Assembly (NCBI RefSeq): GCF_006345805.1
Contig: NC_042997.1
Span: 81,406,001-81,470,000 of the forward strand
DNA: 64,000 nucleotides
Source: Octopus sinensis
Taxonomy: Eukaryota
Reading direction: 5' to 3'
Position 1 is the first letter of the stretch. Every line of letters begins with the position of its first letter. Of this stretch, positions 59,197 through 64,000 are shown in pieces. The translations under genes and the position numbers were made by a program. Below the pieces are notes generated by a model. The model worked only from the letters and a program-made list of their open reading frames with translations, made no database searches and was not told where the DNA came from.

Positions 59197-60410
59197 GTGA
59201 AAGACAAAATAAACTGCACTCCTTGCTTGGAAAATGGTATTGAAGCTAAGGAAAAATTATGCCAAGATGAAATTTACAAATACAACACCACTAAAAACAA
59301 TAACTGCAATAACACCAACAGTAACAACAACAGTGTACAGAAAAAGAAAAATGAAAGATGTGATATGATCAACAAGAATTTATTTAATTTCAATGAAGAA
59401 TTCCCAAGTTTGACACTTTCTAATTCAAATAGCTAACATCTGTAATACAGTTAATAACAGCTCAGCAGTATGAGATATGAATGAATTGCTCTACCGTACC
59501 ATCATCACAACTACTTCATCTGCATCTACTGCTGCAAGGGACAGCAGTAACTTCAACATTATAACATCACCACAATCATAACCACTGCTAAATATATAGT
59601 AAAACTACCTCAGACAGTACCATTATATCTTTAGAAGGTATGAAAATTATAAAGTAAGAAGGCAGATGAGCATTTTTGCTGATACTAACAGGGTTATTAA
59701 CTCTTTAGCATTCAGATTTCTTTGTCAAATGTACTGCTTATTTATTCACCTTGTTTTGAATTCATTACACAATATTTTGTAGCTTCAAGATTTTAATGGT
59801 GTGTTTGTATATTTTCAGAATGATATTGCAGAGTAGGTGTGAGAGGTTGGGTGTGATCAGTTTGAACATAAAACAAATAGAATATTTGGGCTGGATTAAA
59901 TGCTTAAGAGTTAAACAATGTTAATAAATGCACTGTAGGTGAGAGATGTATCAACATTGAAATGGGCCAGGTTATAAAATGCCTGAAAGATAACAAAATT
60001 GTAACCTCTTATGACAAGCAATTCAAAATAATGGATATGAAAAACAAACATGAGCTCACTCTTTCATTCTCTCTTACAGAATGAGGAATTTTTACTAGTT
60101 CCTTCCTGACAAAGGTGAAATTGAAAGCTCTCCTACCAGAAATGGACATTTGGTGGATGAGAGCTTTCAAAATCATACAATGATAAAAATGAGTGAAGCA
60201 CTCTACACACAGAAAAGCCGTACTGAGAAAATGGGTGCTAGGGTGCTTGTATGGAGATAATCAAAGAGAACCTATAAACATTTAGAAAATACCTCACCTC
60301 CTCATACTCTTAAACAGTTTATCATTTTTGGTGGTGGTAGATGATAGAAAACTTAAGTGCTATCTTTGTGGTAATAACATCTATTTAAGGGTGTTTTGTC
60401 TGCAAAATAA
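59197..60410 (+). pseudogene. possible decayed L1/Tx1-like ORF1 (gag-like) remnant, interrupted by a MITE
   Basis: EEFPSL in an N-rich stretch, later PEMDIWW and FLVVVDDRKLKCYLCG...C (decayed zinc knuckle). Similarity is from memory only. Confidence 0.35.
59697..59914. mobile_element. TTAA-flanked (piggyBac-type) MITE
   Basis: TTAA-CTCTTTAGCATT...AATGCTTAAGAG-TTAA terminal inverted repeat. Confidence 0.8.
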
Positions 60411-60590
60411 TAAATAAATAAAATAAAAAATGAACAACAGATAGCAGAATGGCACTCATGCAAACCCCACATGAAAAACATCTACAACAAATTCAACAAC
60501 ATAATTGCAAAAGCAGCAGCAGAAGCACAATAAACAACAATATGCAACAAAAAGTGAATCAACTACTGTAGAAGCAGTAACATCAACATC

Positions 60591-60621
<31 letters not shown>

Positions 60622-61112
60622 GTACCACCACCAACAGCAGCAGCACAAATAGCAACAGGTATCTTTTAAGCAACAACAAATATCAATAACAAATAGCCAT
60701 CCTATGATGAAAGTTTTTTTTTATTCCAAAGAGTAGTAAACATTTGCCAACCCTCGACACACCCACACCATGACCATGATCTCAATAGCAACAAAAACAA
60801 CAAAATCCACAAACACAGGAAGAGTGCTGGAATCAAAATTAACAACAACAGTAACAACAAAACATACAAGACAAACCCACCAACATTAACAATGTTAATG
60901 TCAGTTTTTCAAAGGAGTACAATTAATCGATGGAACAGATTTCTCCAGCAATACTTATTTAGGCACAAGGCCAGCAGAATGGGAGAGGGATTAATCAACT
61001 TAGTTCTCCACTCCTCTGATACACAGCTTCTTGCTTCTCCATCCATTGCACATTTCTCACTAATATACAGCAACCATACTCCTTGATAATTACCATATGG
61101 TCTGACTTCTAT

Positions 61113-61238
<126 letters not shown>

Positions 61239-62924
61239 TCATTGTTTTAACAGAAGCAACAAAAATACCCTGAACTCCTTCCACTCTTTTCTTATTCTAG
61301 TAATCCTGATTTCGCATTTATAATAATATTATATAACCATTTTATTTAGCTTCTTTTCTTTCTTACTTTTTTTGTTTTTGAATGACTATTATTTGCTGCT
61401 GTTTAATATGACAACAGAGGATTGATATTAAATAGAACAGTAAATTTGTCAAATAGAACAATAAATCCAGGAGATAATATGGGGCTGCTGAAATAGATAA
61501 TTATAAATGAATTGGCATTTACAGTGCATACTCCACATTTGTAAAAAATTATAATCCTAGTCACAGACAAAACTGTCTCACAAAGGTTAAATAATAGTTT
61601 TTAAACCATTACAAAATGTGAGTATACATGACATAGTAATACTGTTTTATACAACATGGGTGGTGTACTTATAATATCCTAAAACATTCTCAGCTGCATC
61701 TGAGAGCATAGAAAAATTCAAAAAGATACCCTAAATTTTCTTCACCATTGCTCTGCAGTAGGGATTTTTGAACTGTGTACTACCACTCATCCACTGAAAT
61801 TGCTTAAGGATGCATTATGAGAGAAGATATTTTTTCACCTATCAGTTTACCATGTTATGTCCTTTCTCTATATCCTTCAACATAACTCCCAAGCATATAT
61901 GCTCCTCTAAACTATCAATTCTATACTGCTTCTACAACATTCCCGCTGTATTTTACTTTCTAGATTACCTCATCCATCATCCCTAAAACCATACCCTTTA
62001 AAACCCCATTCTAATCAACATTTTCCATCCATCAAGAATCCTGATTGTTTAAAATTGTTTGATGAAACTATTAGTACAGTTCTTCCAAATCAGATTTAGA
62101 ACTTGTAAGTAGCAAATAAAGATACATTTTCCAGTATATAAATGATGAAAGAGATGAAAGTCTTATCTTTTCCATATGTTGTCAGCATAACTTAATGAAT
62201 AGAGTGCCAAATGAGAGAAATGATTTACTTCTAAAATTCTAGTCAACTATATTTTTACTGCTGAATATCTGCACACCAGTACTGACATATTATTTTAAAG
62301 AAAGGAAAACAGCAAAATTGGTCTGTGATTGAAATTATAGTGTATTTTGTAACGATGATATATTTTGTATAACAAAGATTTTAAAAGACAAGGGGGTAAA
62401 ATACTTTCAAATAAAATTTAAGAACTGATATTCTAAGATATTAAATGAATTATCAATACAGAAACTTGTTAGACTGAATTAATGTGTAAATAGGTACAGT
62501 GAAATATTTGGTTAATTTACTTGGCACCTCATTTGAAATGAAATTAAAAAGACACCTATATAGACTTCAAAACATGGTCTATGTATGTGAATTAAGTGAT
62601 TATCTCCCTGTTCTGCCGAGGCTTAGCTTTTAGCACTACATGGCTTGAATTTCATGTTCAAAGAAGTAAGGAACTGTTTTGTCTGCACTTGTTCTAAAGT
62701 TGGGAAGTAATTTTGAAAAAAAATATCCAAGCAGCTTCAAGTTTATGAAGTGTATACATCTTGAATAATCATTACCATTGTTATAATGATTCCTCAGTAG
62801 AATCACATATGTTTGTAATTATATATTATGTGCTTCATAAGAGAGGCAGCATTTACCATGATAATAATGCTTCAATGGTATATTGCTTCTGAGACATGGA
62901 ATATATGTTTATAGGTGCGAAAAC

Positions 62925-62968
<44 letters not shown>

Positions 62969-64000
62969 ACTAGTACAAAAAACCCACAATACATGCATAC
63001 ATAATTACACACACACATAGAAACATGCACAGAAACACACACACACACACACTATTTTGAACACTAAGACCAGTCCCCAAAACCACTGAATCACAACAGA
63101 CTAGCCCCCCCCCCCACCCAAATCCTTTTGATTCCACAACGCTCTCCCCCACCAACCAACTTCCCACACTGTGTTTAATAATAGCAAACATCTCTCATAC
63201 ACACACTAGAAGACAAGATGATGAATGGAAAAGTTGGTCATTCTCCTAGAATTCTGTATAAATACTTAAATACATTTCCTTCTGTATATATGCTTCTAAT
63301 ACAACCATGATTTTTGATGAACTTAAAATAACTATAAATTTATTTTACTACCTGTTTTGAACACTTTCATGTAAACTGTTTAAACAAAAAGCCCCTCTTA
63401 ACATTTTCATATCATTCATTGTCATTGATTCTATTTTTTAACATTTTCTTATCATTTTCAAAGAATGTATAACTGTATTTTAATACAATTATGAAAATCA
63501 TTTTTAACACAACAAAGCTTATACAAAGCTTTACATTTTACTTTTGATAATCTTTTTTTAAAAAAGTGAAACCACTCGTGTCAATAAACATCTTTAAAGA
63601 CCTCTGCATTTTCAAACTCTCTTTCTTACATATTTTCACTCATGCAGTACCTTGCAAGTTTACATTCTTATATATATATATATATAATACACATAGCATG
63701 GGCATGTGCGCACACACAAACATACACACATACATGCACACATACATGCACACATACATGCACACATACATGTATGTGTGTGTATCAATCAATATGTGAA
63801 TGTAAGTCATGTAAAATATGACTTAATAAACATGTTTAGTTTCATACTTAATAAATGTATTATTGAATCTTATTGCAAAAACAGAACTCATGGATAAACT
63901 TCTGGAGCTACAGTTTATGGAAGTGAAAATGAATCTAATTTTTTTCCCTTTATTAGAGATCTATCATGGATCACTTACCCCATCTTCTATCTGCTAATGA

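Overview
Eukaryotic, AT-rich, microsatellite-dense DNA made almost entirely of transposable elements. The SINE, RTE, Penelope and MITE repertoire looks like an octopus (cephalopod) genome; this is an inference, not a database result. I found no host protein-coding exon, rRNA, tRNA gene or CRISPR array, so the window is probably intronic or intergenic. Contents: a near-intact 4.26 kb Gypsy-type LTR retrotransposon (54207-58467, minus strand, 275-bp LTRs, ATTTC TSD, intact pol); three Penelope-like (Neptune-type) RT/GIY-YIG elements, one with a 1.7-kb inverted partial copy; two small fold-back elements carrying hammerhead-like cores; several RTE LINE copies with an internal PHD-like finger; decayed piggyBac, hAT, mariner and Tc1 transposons; MITEs; and many tRNA-derived SINEs. 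Top finding: the Gypsy primer-binding site lacks the canonical TGG and is instead the exact complement of the first 12 nt of animal tRNA-Phe, which suggests priming by a short 5' tRNA fragment. Second finding: two divergent Penelope elements share an upstream coiled-coil ORF1 that overlaps the RT-EN ORF in the -1 frame at a UUU-UUA slippery site, and both carry U3-A8 variant hammerhead ribozymes.
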